Sequence record: MF614100.1
DNA length: 42,518 nucleotides
Reading direction: 5' to 3' (one strand)
From: Klebsiella phage vB_KpnS_IME279
Made by a program: the position numbers and the translations under genes. The notes beneath the pieces are model-generated. The model searched no databases, had not been told where the DNA came from, and saw nothing but the letters and a program-made list of their open reading frames with translations. Position 1 is the first letter of the stretch. Each line of letters begins with the position of its first letter. Below, in pieces: positions 35,165 to 42,518 of the stretch.

Positions 35165-36787
35165 TCAGTAGTTGCTCGGCACATTATAGCCGTGATAGTC
35201 GTCGTTTTTCACGCGCTCCGGCGGCTGCATCAACATGCAAAGCACGTCGGCCATGCCTGGCGATTTCATTTTGAGCTTGGTCCGCATCTGCGGCTTAGGC
35301 ATACGGGCAAACTTGCCATTGGTGTTGTATACGCGCGGAATACGGCAGACCTCGGCGCGTAACTTCTGCATATGCTCCCCGATCCCGGCCTTGTCCAGAC
35401 TGATCAGCTCCTCCGGGTTGTGGTAGATGCCCTTAACCACGGCCTCGTAAGTCTTTTCAAAGCGACGGCGTAACAGGTAGATATCCTGGCTTCCCCTGTT
35501 CGCAAAAGCATCAACATTTTTCAGGAGGTTGTCGCCCTCGGTCTTGTTATTGAGCCAGTGATCCAGCTCCACCAGCCCGTCCGGGTCTTTGACGCCCTCC
35601 CCGGCGTTGTAGCCGTCCACGATAACGTTAGTCCCGGCGTAAGCCTCCGTTACCTGGCGACGCAGGCCAGCGCCCAGCCCTGCCCGGTCCCACACAAACG
35701 CCTCGACGCCGTGGATCTTCGCCTCGCCGATCGCCCGGTCTACTGCGTCGTTAGCGTCGCCCTCGTACCACTCGGACATATGGGTGACGACTGGCCCCTG
35801 GCGCTCGCCATAGGCTTTGTTATCGGTCCCGACGTCCGCCGGGTCGAGTGCTGCGATCCTCATGCCGGACGGTTTAAAGCCTAAATGCAAATGAGCGTCG
35901 ATCGCGGCATCAAACCATTCAGCCGGGATAATGGCATCCGGCACGGAGTCATTGAAATGACCTTCCCAGACGTGATCGAACAAGGCGCGGGAGAGGGTTT
36001 TCCGGTCAAACTCCATTTCTGCGCGGAGTTCGGGCGGAAACCACGGGTTATCCGACCAGTTGACGCGGATAACCAGGTGGAGATCGTCCTCATAGATGCC
36101 GTCGCGGAGTAGATCCTCCCAGAATGGATTGATAAATCGCTTGCTGAATGGGTCCTCACTGGATCCGGGGTTGGCGGTGAATAGCATCATGCCGCCCTTT
36201 TCGCGCATGGTCGGCGTCAGCTTGCGGATCGACTCCTCGGAGAACGTTTGCGCCTCCTCGCCCCAGAATCGTTTAAAGCCGAAAGCGGATTTCACGCCGT
36301 CCGGGTCGCGGGCCATCCCCTTAAAACGGATGATCGCGCCGTTCTCGTGGCGGATCTCCTTCTCCAGAATTTCGAAGCCGTCCAGACCGTACTCCTCGAT
36401 CCGGTTGGCGAGGAGCGGGTGGACAGAATCCTTGATCGACGCCTGAAACTCACGCAGACACATAGCGCTCGCGGCCTCGTCGTGGGCGTCTGCATCCACG
36501 ATCCCGCCGACGGTGAGCGACTTCCCGGAGCCACGGCCCCCGACCAGGATAACGAAGCGTTTCGGGCGTAACAGGATGGGCGTCAGGCACTCGGCGATCG
36601 TAATGTCGTGCGGGTCGCTGGTGTAAACCCACTCGCCGTTAACCTTGCGCATGTTGTACAGGTGGCGCGCCTGCAATCCGTCCGGCGCATAGACGCCGTA
36701 AACCAGACCGCCCTCGCGCGCCTTGTAGCGGAGCATGGCCTCCAGTCGGGCCAGTCGCTCGATCGCTTCCTTACGATTTTTTGCCAT
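35165..36787 (-). CDS. Terminase large subunit
   Basis: Walker A VGGRGSGKS. Start chosen at MAKNRKEAIERL (SD-like GAAGGGGG), which overlaps the upstream gene by 17 nt. The ORF-track start at 36904 is rejected. Confidence 0.9.
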   Translation of the reverse strand: MAKNRKEAIERLARLEAMLRYKAREGGLVYGVYAPDGLQARHLYNMRKVNGEWVYTSDPHDITIAECLTPILLRPKRFVILVGGRGSGKSLTVGGIVDADAHDEAASAMCLREFQASIKDSVHPLLANRIEEYGLDGFEILEKEIRHENGAIIRFKGMARDPDGVKSAFGFKRFWGEEAQTFSEESIRKLTPTMREKGGMMLFTANPGSSEDPFSKRFINPFWEDLLRDGIYEDDLHLVIRVNWSDNPWFPPELRAEMEFDRKTLSRALFDHVWEGHFNDSVPDAIIPAEWFDAAIDAHLHLGFKPSGMRIAALDPADVGTDNKAYGERQGPVVTHMSEWYEGDANDAVDRAIGEAKIHGVEAFVWDRAGLGAGLRRQVTEAYAGTNVIVDGYNAGEGVKDPDGLVELDHWLNNKTEGDNLLKNVDAFANRGSQDIYLLRRRFEKTYEAVVKGIYHNPEELISLDKAGIGEHMQKLRAEVCRIPRVYNTNGKFARMPKPQMRTKLKMKSPGMADVLCMLMQPPERVKNDDYHGYNVPSNY

Positions 36788-37211
36788 CGTCGGCCCCCTT
36801 CTCAGCGAATAACGTCGAGGCGGCCATGAAGCCATGATAGGCCAGATCCTCGGCAAAATATGCCTGGTGCTCGTCGTTGTCCAGGTCTGGCCGGACGCCT
36901 GCATGACGCCAGATATTATTGATCGCGTGGACGTTCTCGTGGACCACGCGGCCCAGTAGCTGGTTAGGGTTCGGCACGTAACGCAGGCCGATAAACTGAT
37001 AACGGAAGCCGTCGATCGTGACGTCGTGGCACAGCGCCCCGGCTCCCTGGGAATATTCTTTGACCTTGTGGAGCTTTACGCCTGCTTTGCGCACTCGCGC
37101 CAGGTCGTCGAGGTCATACCAGACGACGAGCGTCCGGTACATATCGATCAGGTGTTGCGGCAGGCCGGACGCCTCGATCCTCTCGCGGGTGGACTTATTT
37201 TTTTTGCTCAT
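36771..37211 (-). CDS. HExxH-motif protein (putative small zinc metallopeptidase) between TerS and TerL
   Basis: VVHENVHAINNIWRH carries an HExxH plus downstream His/Glu arrangement. Overlaps both TerS and TerL by 17 nt. Confidence 0.55.
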   Translation of the reverse strand: MSKKNKSTRERIEASGLPQHLIDMYRTLVVWYDLDDLARVRKAGVKLHKVKEYSQGAGALCHDVTIDGFRYQFIGLRYVPNPNQLLGRVVHENVHAINNIWRHAGVRPDLDNDEHQAYFAEDLAYHGFMAASTLFAEKGADDGKKS

Positions 37212-37716
37212 TCAGGAGGGCCTCCAGCGCATCAAGACGGGCGATCAGGTCGGATAGTTCTTCTACCTCGGCCCCGTGGCGGATCATCTTCACAATCACC
37301 TCGGCAGCGTCGAACGGGAGAATGCCGTCCGCTACAGCCTGCGTGACCTCGCGGATCTTATCGCTGGCTTTGGTCCCCTTGAGTTCAAACTGGTAGATCG
37401 GCGCGGTCGGCTTCACGTATGGCACAAGGCGGCTGAGAATGTCGCGCATCATGGACGGGTCATAAAGCGACATCTGGATCGCGCGCTGGATGTACATATC
37501 CTCGGTCAGCGCCACCTCCACCAGCTCGTCCTCCTGGCGGATCTCGCCCGTTTCCTCGTCCTCTACGTCGATCTTGCGCCCGGTCTTTTCTTTCACCTTC
37601 ACTTTTCGGAGGGCGTCGAGTAGGAGGGTGCGGAATTGCTTTTCCCGCCCGCGTCGCTGCGGCTGGTTGTCCTTGCTGAATCGGTTGCCTTTCTTGAGGT
37701 TCTGCTCGTTCGCCAT
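37195..37716 (-). CDS. Terminase small subunit (P22 gp3-like N-terminus)
   Basis: The N-terminal KKGNRFSKDN resembles the KGNRF motif of P22-type small terminases. Position is upstream of TerL. SD GGAGGA. Confidence 0.6.
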   Translation of the reverse strand: MANEQNLKKGNRFSKDNQPQRRGREKQFRTLLLDALRKVKVKEKTGRKIDVEDEETGEIRQEDELVEVALTEDMYIQRAIQMSLYDPSMMRDILSRLVPYVKPTAPIYQFELKGTKASDKIREVTQAVADGILPFDAAEVIVKMIRHGAEVEELSDLIARLDALEALLNEQKK

Positions 37717-37791
37717 GATAAAAAAATCCTCCGGTTACTCCTGGATGTTTACAGGGTTCGCGGAGGATTGTCGTCTATCACTGGGCCGTTA

Positions 37792-38085
37792 TCAAGTGGA
37801 GCGCCCCGGCGAGAGGTCAGGGCATAAGTGCATATTCGCCGACGTGATGGGCCACGGGCTAACCGGGTGGGCGTAGGCCAGCTTGTCGGCCCGCTTGGCG
37901 ATGTAGCCCGTGCGCTTGCCCGTGTCCTCAAACTTCGCACAGATAACGCACGTCCCGTTACTGGTGAAGCGGGTGAAGTTGCCCCGGTGCGCCTTGCACT
38001 CGATCCCCTGGTAGGTGTGGACTTTCATCGCGATAGCCTGGGCGCGGCTGAATGCGACGGGTTTCTCCTTCGTCGCGCCCGCCAT
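37792..38085 (-). CDS. Small zinc-ribbon protein (C-x2-H...C-x2-C), candidate late regulator
   Basis: ECKAHRGNFTRFTSNGTCVIC. Last gene before the packaging module. C-terminal 30 aa are low-complexity. Confidence 0.45.
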   Translation of the reverse strand: MAGATKEKPVAFSRAQAIAMKVHTYQGIECKAHRGNFTRFTSNGTCVICAKFEDTGKRTGYIAKRADKLAYAHPVSPWPITSANMHLCPDLSPGRST

Positions 38086-38501
38086 TAGTCGCAGGCTCCG
38101 CCGCTGGGGGTGCTGCTGTCGCCACTGTCATAGCTGGGGCTGCTGTCGCTGTCGTGGCTGGAGTGGTGGCGGTGGCTGCTGTCGTCCCAGTCGTTGCGGT
38201 CGTTGACGTGGTAGACCGGGTTTAGTGGCGAGGTCAGCGAAAGCGGGTTAAGCGGGTCGAGGTCGTCGCCCTGGCGGTGGAGTGCGCGCCGGGTCGGGTC
38301 ACTGCGGAGCGCGGTCGCCATGCGCTGCTCGTGGTGTCGCTGGTTGTTGCGACGGTCGCGGGAGGCGATGGACATAGCCCGATCGATCTCCGCCCCCATT
38401 TTGGCCGCCTGGCTCTTTGCGGCCATGCTGCGCGGGGCGATGATGATCCGCTCCGTTGGCTTGCGGTTAAACAGGCGCTTAATGCTGTCAAAGATGGACA
38501 T
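38085..38501 (-). CDS. Hypothetical protein with a Ser/Asp/His-rich C-terminal tail
   Basis: Strong SD AAGGAG. Tail SSHRHHSSHDSDSSPSYDSGDSSTPSGG. Confidence 0.6.
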   Translation of the reverse strand: MSIFDSIKRLFNRKPTERIIIAPRSMAAKSQAAKMGAEIDRAMSIASRDRRNNQRHHEQRMATALRSDPTRRALHRQGDDLDPLNPLSLTSPLNPVYHVNDRNDWDDSSHRHHSSHDSDSSPSYDSGDSSTPSGGACD

Positions 38502-38529
38502 TGCTATCTCCTTCGTCTGGGTGGAATCG

Positions 38530-38550
38530 GCCCCAGCATAGCGCCGGGGC
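38530..38550 (-). other. Intercistronic GC hairpin followed by GATTCCACCCAGACGAAGGAGA
   Basis: Recurring element (see findings). Confidence 0.45.
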
Positions 38551-38571
38551 GTACATCATTCAAGCGCGATA

Positions 38572-38829
38572 TTATCTGAGCATCAGGAGGAGGCAGCCGA
38601 CCACGAGGCCGATCGCCAGCGCCTTAATGATGCCGGGGCATTTTGGCCGCTCGTCGTGCGGGAAGTACATCACGCAGTCGCGCATAAGCTCCGCGCGCTT
38701 GCGGTCTATGTCGGACTGCGTGACTGGCGGACGCGTCAGCCATGAAACCGGGATGTAGGCCGGAGGGACTCGATCCCCCCAGCTCCCGGCGGTCACTTTG
38801 CGCGGCGGTACTGCTTCACGTCGGACCAC
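38572..38829 (-). CDS. Small tail-anchored membrane protein; start uncertain (GTG at 38829 or ATG at 38685)
   Basis: C-terminal IIKALAIGLVVGCLLLMLR. The internal ATG has GGAG upstream. Confidence 0.35.
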   Translation of the reverse strand: MVRREAVPPRKVTAGSWGDRVPPAYIPVSWLTRPPVTQSDIDRKRAELMRDCVMYFPHDERPKCPGIIKALAIGLVVGCLLLMLR

Positions 38830-39731
38830 TCGACCACGCCAGCCTCCAGCGTGTTACCTGCGCCGTTGTGGAGCATGATATCCACCAGCGCGTCGTCCGG
38901 CATGTTGTGCGGCTTGTAGCCCCATTCCCACACGATCCAGCCCTCGGAGTCCGGCTTCTCGCGCCCGGTCAGCGCGTCGAGCAAGTCCTGGCCGATCTCG
39001 GTCGGGATCCGGCCCGTGGCCGCCAGCGCCTGGATCTTGCTGCGCAATGCTTCGCCGCGTTTGGTATGCCAGCGGAGGCTCTGCTCCGTCTCCTGCTGGA
39101 CGCGCGTCTCAAACCACGCCACGCGCTCGGCGTTGCAGTCGCAACGGGTCAGCTTCTCCATGTTCTCCTGTCCGCGCACGAAGTCCCGGAGGTGGCCGTT
39201 AGGCATCCTGAAAACATTCCAGTTATACGGGAGGCGCTTCTCGTCGCAGTTGGTCACGTAGCGCTCCAGCAAGTCCACGCGCTCCTCGGCCAGTCTGGCC
39301 GCCTTGTCGAATGCCCCGGCCTTATCGGCCTTTGCCACCAGCTCGCGCGCCACCTGCTCGGTCCAGGCGACGTGTTGAGGCAGGCCCATGATCCCGCGCC
39401 AGCCGTGCGGGACGTGCATCGCGCCGATGATCTCGCGCAACGTGACGTAATAGCCGGACACGGTGGCCTCCGCTGCGCGCATCTGGTCCAGCTCCTGCTC
39501 CAGCTCGCGCTCGCGGTACTTGTCGCGCCACTTCTCGCTCTCGGCGTGGATACGCGCCAGCGCATCGTCGGACAGGAGCGGCAGGTGGCAGGGGGAGAGG
39601 TCCGGCTCCGCCTTAAAACCGTTGTTCATAGCGTCGGCAATGTCGGACACGCGGATTTTGCGCTGGGTGTAGCGGGCGCGGTCCTCCTGGGACATATGCG
39701 CATAGATTAAACCTTCGTCGTGGCTGTTCAT
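38793..39731 (-). CDS. Hypothetical protein, 312 aa
   Basis: Long ORF preceded by the hairpin-plus-motif element. Confidence 0.7.
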   Translation of the reverse strand: MNSHDEGLIYAHMSQEDRARYTQRKIRVSDIADAMNNGFKAEPDLSPCHLPLLSDDALARIHAESEKWRDKYRERELEQELDQMRAAEATVSGYYVTLREIIGAMHVPHGWRGIMGLPQHVAWTEQVARELVAKADKAGAFDKAARLAEERVDLLERYVTNCDEKRLPYNWNVFRMPNGHLRDFVRGQENMEKLTRCDCNAERVAWFETRVQQETEQSLRWHTKRGEALRSKIQALAATGRIPTEIGQDLLDALTGREKPDSEGWIVWEWGYKPHNMPDDALVDIMLHNGAGNTLEAGVVEWSDVKQYRRAK

Positions 39732-39751
39732 GGTGTTCTCCGTCGGGTGAT

Positions 39752-39767
39752 GGCCCCTTGCGGGGCC
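39752..39767 (-). other. Intercistronic GC hairpin GGCCCC-GCAA-GGGGCC followed by ATCACCCGACGGAGAACACC-ATG
   Basis: Recurring element (see findings). Confidence 0.5.
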
Positions 39768-39774
39768 GGGTAGG

Positions 39775-39984
39775 TTAAAAGCCGTCGTAGTAGCCTGGAA
39801 GGGCGCGGAGCTGGGCTTCGTCGTCCACCAGGTCCCACTCGTCCGGGGTCAGGTCGTCAACCTCTGCGCGCTCTGCTGCCTCGTTGGCGATGATGCCCGC
39901 CACCAGCGGGGAAAGGTTGCCGCTTGCTTTCTGGCGCTCGATCTCGGCCTGAATGTCTGCGAGGGTCTGGGCTAATGTGGTCAT
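39775..39984 (-). CDS. Hypothetical acidic protein, about 69 aa
   Basis: ORF 39775-40173. Preferred start is MTTLAQTLADIQ, after the CCAGACGAGAGAGCAGACC motif. The longer version overlaps the promoter. Confidence 0.5.
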   Translation of the reverse strand: MTTLAQTLADIQAEIERQKASGNLSPLVAGIIANEAAERAEVDDLTPDEWDLVDDEAQLRALPGYYDGF

Positions 39985-40175
39985 GGTCTGCTCTCTCGTC
40001 TGGTTAAAGGTGGGCGGCGTTGCTTCGTCGGTAGCCTCGGTTCGATTCCACTGGTAAGCGTTCTGCCTTGCGGCGAGTGTCCAGCGTTCGGCCTCACGGT
40101 TGGGAATCCTGATACTACGATCAAGCCCCTGCGTTGCTCCTCTCCGGCTGCATCCTGCCGCCGCCCTACGCAATA

Positions 40176-40203
40176 AATATAACGAAAGCGTGATATTAAT
40201 GCA
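40176..40203 (-). promoter_or_regulatory. Candidate sigma70 promoter TTGCAT-N16-TTATAT with an approximately 185-nt leader
   Basis: AT-rich island in otherwise GC-rich DNA. The leader contains the 11-mer GGTTCGATTCC (plus strand). Confidence 0.4.
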
Positions 40204-40211
40204 AGCGATAT

Positions 40212-40487
40212 TTATTCTTTATCATCAGACCATCGGCCAGGCTTTAACAGGTTGCCGCGTCGCCAGTCGTCCCACACGAAGTACGGCCAGAATGCGAGCG
40301 TAAGCGCCAGGAAGAAAACGACAATCAGCGCCACCAGCGCCGCCGCCAGTGGCACGAGCGACGAGGGCAGGGTGGCCGCCTCTTTGGCACAGGCGCGCCC
40401 CAGGTAGAGGCCAGCGCCCGCCCATATCTCGATCAGCATCCACGCCGCGCCGATCGCCAGGTAGGAGAAAATCATTTCGTAGAGCAT
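40212..40487 (-). CDS. Membrane protein with 2-3 predicted TM segments
   Basis: Hydrophobic segments IFSYLAIGAAWMLIEIWAGAGLYL and LAAALVALIVVFFLALTLAFW. Confidence 0.6.
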   Translation of the reverse strand: MLYEMIFSYLAIGAAWMLIEIWAGAGLYLGRACAKEAATLPSSLVPLAAALVALIVVFFLALTLAFWPYFVWDDWRRGNLLKPGRWSDDKE

Positions 40488-40717
40488 CAGTAGATCCCAT
40501 TGGTCAGAAGATACAGCCGCCCGTTACGCATCAGGCGGATCATGTTGCTGGTCCCGTGGCCTATCGGGACCGGGTACAGGTTGCCATCTGCGGCGCGCAT
40601 ATACAGGCGTTTGCGGACGCGCCAGCCTTGCAGGGTGTGGCCCCGGCGTCCGTACTCGTCGCGCTTCACGTCCACGATCCGGCAGTACACCGGAGACTCG
40701 TCAATCTGCATCATCAC
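40487..40717 (-). CDS. Hypothetical basic protein, 76 aa
   Basis: ATGA overlaps with both neighbours. Confidence 0.5.
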   Translation of the reverse strand: MMMQIDESPVYCRIVDVKRDEYGRRGHTLQGWRVRKRLYMRAADGNLYPVPIGHGTSNMIRLMRNGRLYLLTNGIY

Positions 40718-41094
40718 CAGCCCCTCCAGTCGTCAGGGTTGCGCGGGAGCTGGGCCAGGTCATGGTCCCACTTCGGGGCCTCGTCCGGCTTGCGGTAGCC
40801 GTCGTAAAGCATCTGGACTGCTGCGATCGGGTGAGCCGGGAGCGACTCGTGGATGTACAGATAGAACATGCCGCGCCGTCCCTCGTGGGTGATACCGAAG
40901 CCGCTCCGGGTGTAGGTGTGGAGCGGCTGGTCGCCGGGTGCGGTCGGCATGGTGTCGGCCAGATACTGGATCGCGCTGGCGTGGAGTGGTGACGGCATCA
41001 TGATCTGCGGCGTCCCTTCGGTCAGGGTAATGCGCTTGCCATCGTGCGGGCCTCCAATCAGGAGCGCCTCGACTAAGTTTGCGGGGTGTTTCAT
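40714..41094 (-). CDS. Hypothetical protein, 126 aa
   Basis: SD GGGAGGA. Confidence 0.65.
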   Translation of the reverse strand: MKHPANLVEALLIGGPHDGKRITLTEGTPQIMMPSPLHASAIQYLADTMPTAPGDQPLHTYTRSGFGITHEGRRGMFYLYIHESLPAHPIAAVQMLYDGYRKPDEAPKWDHDLAQLPRNPDDWRGW

Positions 41095-41178
41095 GGATCC
41101 TCCCAGTCTACGGGGTCGAATGATTAGCGCCTACTTGCGGCCCTCTGGGCTTCCATCGTTCGGCGCTGGTGGTATCGG

Positions 41179-41493
41179 TCAGGCTACGGGCTGGCCTATG
41201 TGGCCGACTGGACGGCTTGCCTTGAGCTGGTTCCAGTATGTGAACGGCGTCACATCGCGCCATGAATGATTGTACTGGCCGAAGGACAGGGAGCCGGACG
41301 CGACGCTGGGGCCATCGTAGCCGACGCGGTGGAGTTCGGACAGCGGGACTAACATCAGCGTGTCCAGTGTCTGCTCGCTCTCGTCGTAGCGGTACGGCTC
41401 GGCCCGGACCAGAGCGGGGAAGCGGACGCGCTCGAATCCGCTCGGACCGTAATATCCGAAGTGATCGGCGTGGAGGATCTCGATCAGTTTCAT
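41179..41493 (-). CDS. Hypothetical protein, about 104 aa
   Basis: ORF 41179-41685. Preferred start is MKLIEIL, after the hairpin-plus-motif element. Confidence 0.55.
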   Translation of the reverse strand: MKLIEILHADHFGYYGPSGFERVRFPALVRAEPYRYDESEQTLDTLMLVPLSELHRVGYDGPSVASGSLSFGQYNHSWRDVTPFTYWNQLKASRPVGHIGQPVA

Positions 41494-41521
41494 GGTGTTG
41501 TCTCTCGTCGGGTGGATGAAT

Positions 41522-41537
41522 GCCCCGTTGCCGGGGC
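41522..41537 (-). other. Intercistronic GC hairpin GCCCCG-GCAA-CGGGGC followed by ATTCATCCACCCGACGAGAGACAACACC-ATG
   Basis: Recurring element (see findings). Confidence 0.5.
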
Positions 41538-41545
41538 GCTGGTGG

Positions 41546-41800
41546 TCAGGCGCGAAACACGTTGATCGTGTCGTTGCGGTCGAGATAGAACTGGTCCCAC
41601 TGGCGAGCGCTGTCGGTGCGGATAATGTAGCCGTCGATCTCGGTGACGGTGCAAGGCTTATGGTTGCCGGGGCAAAGGATAACATCGCCCACTTTCAGGT
41701 CGCGGCCTTTGATTGTCTGGCGGAGGCTTACCAGCTCGCGGATTGCGTCGCGGTTGTAGCTGGCGTGTAACTCGGTGATACGTGCTTTAAGTGCTGTAGT
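41546..41800 (-). CDS. Hypothetical protein, about 84 aa
   Basis: ORF 41546-41875. Preferred start is MTTALKAR, with SD GAGGAG. Confidence 0.55.
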   Translation of the reverse strand, partial: TTALKARITELHASYNRDAIRELVSLRQTIKGRDLKVGDVILCPGNHKPCTVTEIDGYIIRTDSARQWDQFYLDRNDTINVFRA

Positions 41801-41904
41801 CATTTCGGTTTCTCCTCTGGGGGTCGGCGATGTTGCCGCCCTATGTGATATAAGATAAACACTTTCGGGCGGCATGTCCAGAGAAATATCACGAAAAGAT
41901 TAAA

Positions 41905-42078
41905 TTATTTTCGGCGGGCCATTCTCACCAGGTCGCAGGCCAGAAACCACAGCGGCGCGGCAATCATCGGCCACATCAGCACAGACAGGCCCAGCAAGCC
42001 CAGAGGCTGGTCGAAGCCGTAGCGGTCGATGATCCACGGGATCACCATCAGGTAATAAGCCAGAGCAAGCCACATCAT
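41905..42078 (-). CDS. Small two-TM membrane protein, 57 aa, not in the ORF track
   Basis: MMWLALAYYLMVIPWIIDRYGFDQPLGLLGLSVLMWPMIAAPLWFLACDLVRMARRK. ATGA-coupled to the upstream gene. Confidence 0.45.
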   Translation of the reverse strand: MMWLALAYYLMVIPWIIDRYGFDQPLGLLGLSVLMWPMIAAPLWFLACDLVRMARRK

Positions 42079-42320
42079 CGGCCCACCTCGTCGCGGAGTT
42101 CCTGCCGGAGCTGGTCCCGCTCTGCGGTCAGGTCTGCCAGCTCCTCCAGCGCATCCAGCAAGCGCTTAGACAGGTGGATCACAATCTCCTCGGTGTCACA
42201 CATCGCCATCGTGACCAGGTGGCGGGGATTGGCTCCGCCTGCGAGGTCCATCAGCTCCGCGTCCTCCAGCGGCTCCTCGTCCAGGTGGCGTACTGGTCGG
42301 GCCAGTGTTAACTTATTCAT
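42075..42320 (-). CDS. Hypothetical acidic helical protein, about 81 aa
   Basis: ORF 42075-42371. Preferred start is MNKLTLAR, with SD GGGAGG. Confidence 0.55.
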   Translation of the reverse strand: MNKLTLARPVRHLDEEPLEDAELMDLAGGANPRHLVTMAMCDTEEIVIHLSKRLLDALEELADLTAERDQLRQELRDEVGR

Positions 42321-42507
42321 TCTCGCCTCCCTTCGCTGCCGCCCTGCGCTCTGCGTCCATCTTCGCCACAAAGTCCCGGACGCCCTGCTCTGCGAGCGCC
42401 GTCGCCTGGTTATGGCTGTAGCCCTTGCGCCTGGCTATGTCGTAAAGCTGCTGGCGCATGGTCGCCCTTTGCTGCGGTCCTACATACATACGGGAGAGGT
42501 CCGTCAC
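42313..42507 (-). CDS. Hypothetical protein, 64 aa
   Basis: ORF adjacent to the circular junction. Weak SD. Confidence 0.45.
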   Translation of the reverse strand: MTDLSRMYVGPQQRATMRQQLYDIARRKGYSHNQATALAEQGVRDFVAKMDAERRAAAKGGENE

Positions 42508-42518
42508 GCTCGCCGCCT

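Noticed and set aside
35165-36904. 579-aa version of TerL starting at 36904
   Set aside because: The first 39 residues are low-complexity and overlap the upstream gene in another frame. MAKNRKEAIERL at 36787 has an SD-like purine run and gives a 17-nt coupled overlap.
40033-40043. GGTTCGATTCC, tRNA T-loop consensus, suggesting a tRNA gene
   Set aside because: The flanking sequence cannot form T-stem, acceptor, D or anticodon arms. Kept only as a possible attP-remnant note.
1-42518. CRISPR array, integrase or attP, toxin-antitoxin, reverse transcriptase (DGR or retron)
   Set aside because: No regularly spaced repeats. No ORF with tyrosine- or serine-recombinase or RT (YxDD) motifs. The nucleotide-level repeats in the Ig-like gene are a domain duplication without an adjacent RT.
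42495-42518. Terminal 24-nt repeat as a genuine DTR or cos end
   Set aside because: Too short for a T7-like DTR, and genes read through it. P22-type TerL and portal imply headful packaging of circularly permuted DNA, so it is most likely an assembly circularisation overlap.

Overview
The window is a complete, circularly closed tailed-phage genome. Its first 24 nt are identical to its last 24 nt, so the unique length is about 42,494 bp. It is GC-rich overall, with a more AT-rich early segment at about 2.3-5.4 kb. The genome is a mosaic of recognisable modules.

(i) A P22-like (Lederbergvirus-type) packaging and morphogenesis module runs on the minus strand from 37716 to 17665. Its order is TerS, TerL, portal, scaffold, coat, gp4-like adaptor, gp10-like hub protein, gp26-like needle, three ejection proteins and a gp9-like tailspike. 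Several non-P22 genes are inserted into it.

(ii) A lambda-type lysis cassette (S-like holin, R-like transglycosylase endolysin, Rz with embedded Rz1) lies on the plus strand at 5044-6381.

(iii) A plus-strand recombination/replication operon at 11733-17614 encodes an SF2 helicase, a VRR-NUC nuclease, a PD-(D/E)xK exonuclease, an ERF annealase, an E. coli-type SSB, an HNH endonuclease and an XRE-type HTH regulator.

(iv) A minus-strand set at 11664-8650 encodes a Zn-finger/Toprim primase, a phage Dam methyltransferase and two unknown proteins. A RepA/DnaB-like helicase gene (533-2191) is flanked by clustered GTAAC/GTTAC iteron-like repeats.

(v) About 20 small early genes of unknown function are present.

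No integrase, CI-like repressor, tRNA gene or CRISPR array was found. Lifestyle is therefore probably virulent or unknown. The host is probably an enterobacterium: the SSB tail is identical to E. coli SSB, the lysis genes are lambda-like and the tailspike N-domain is P22-like.

The most unusual content is a four-gene insertion between the portal and scaffold genes. It includes an Hcp (T6SS tube)-like protein whose C-terminus ends in DIPF, the motif that ends the phage's own SSB tail (DDDIPF). Other notable items are an autonomous Ig-like (I-set) triple-repeat moron between two terminators, a self-contained cassette encoding a GcrA-like DNA-binding protein near the Dam methylase, an HExxH protein wedged between TerS and TerL, and a recurring GC-hairpin plus conserved-motif element in front of several cistrons.

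All functional calls rest on motif-level recognition by eye; no database search was run.
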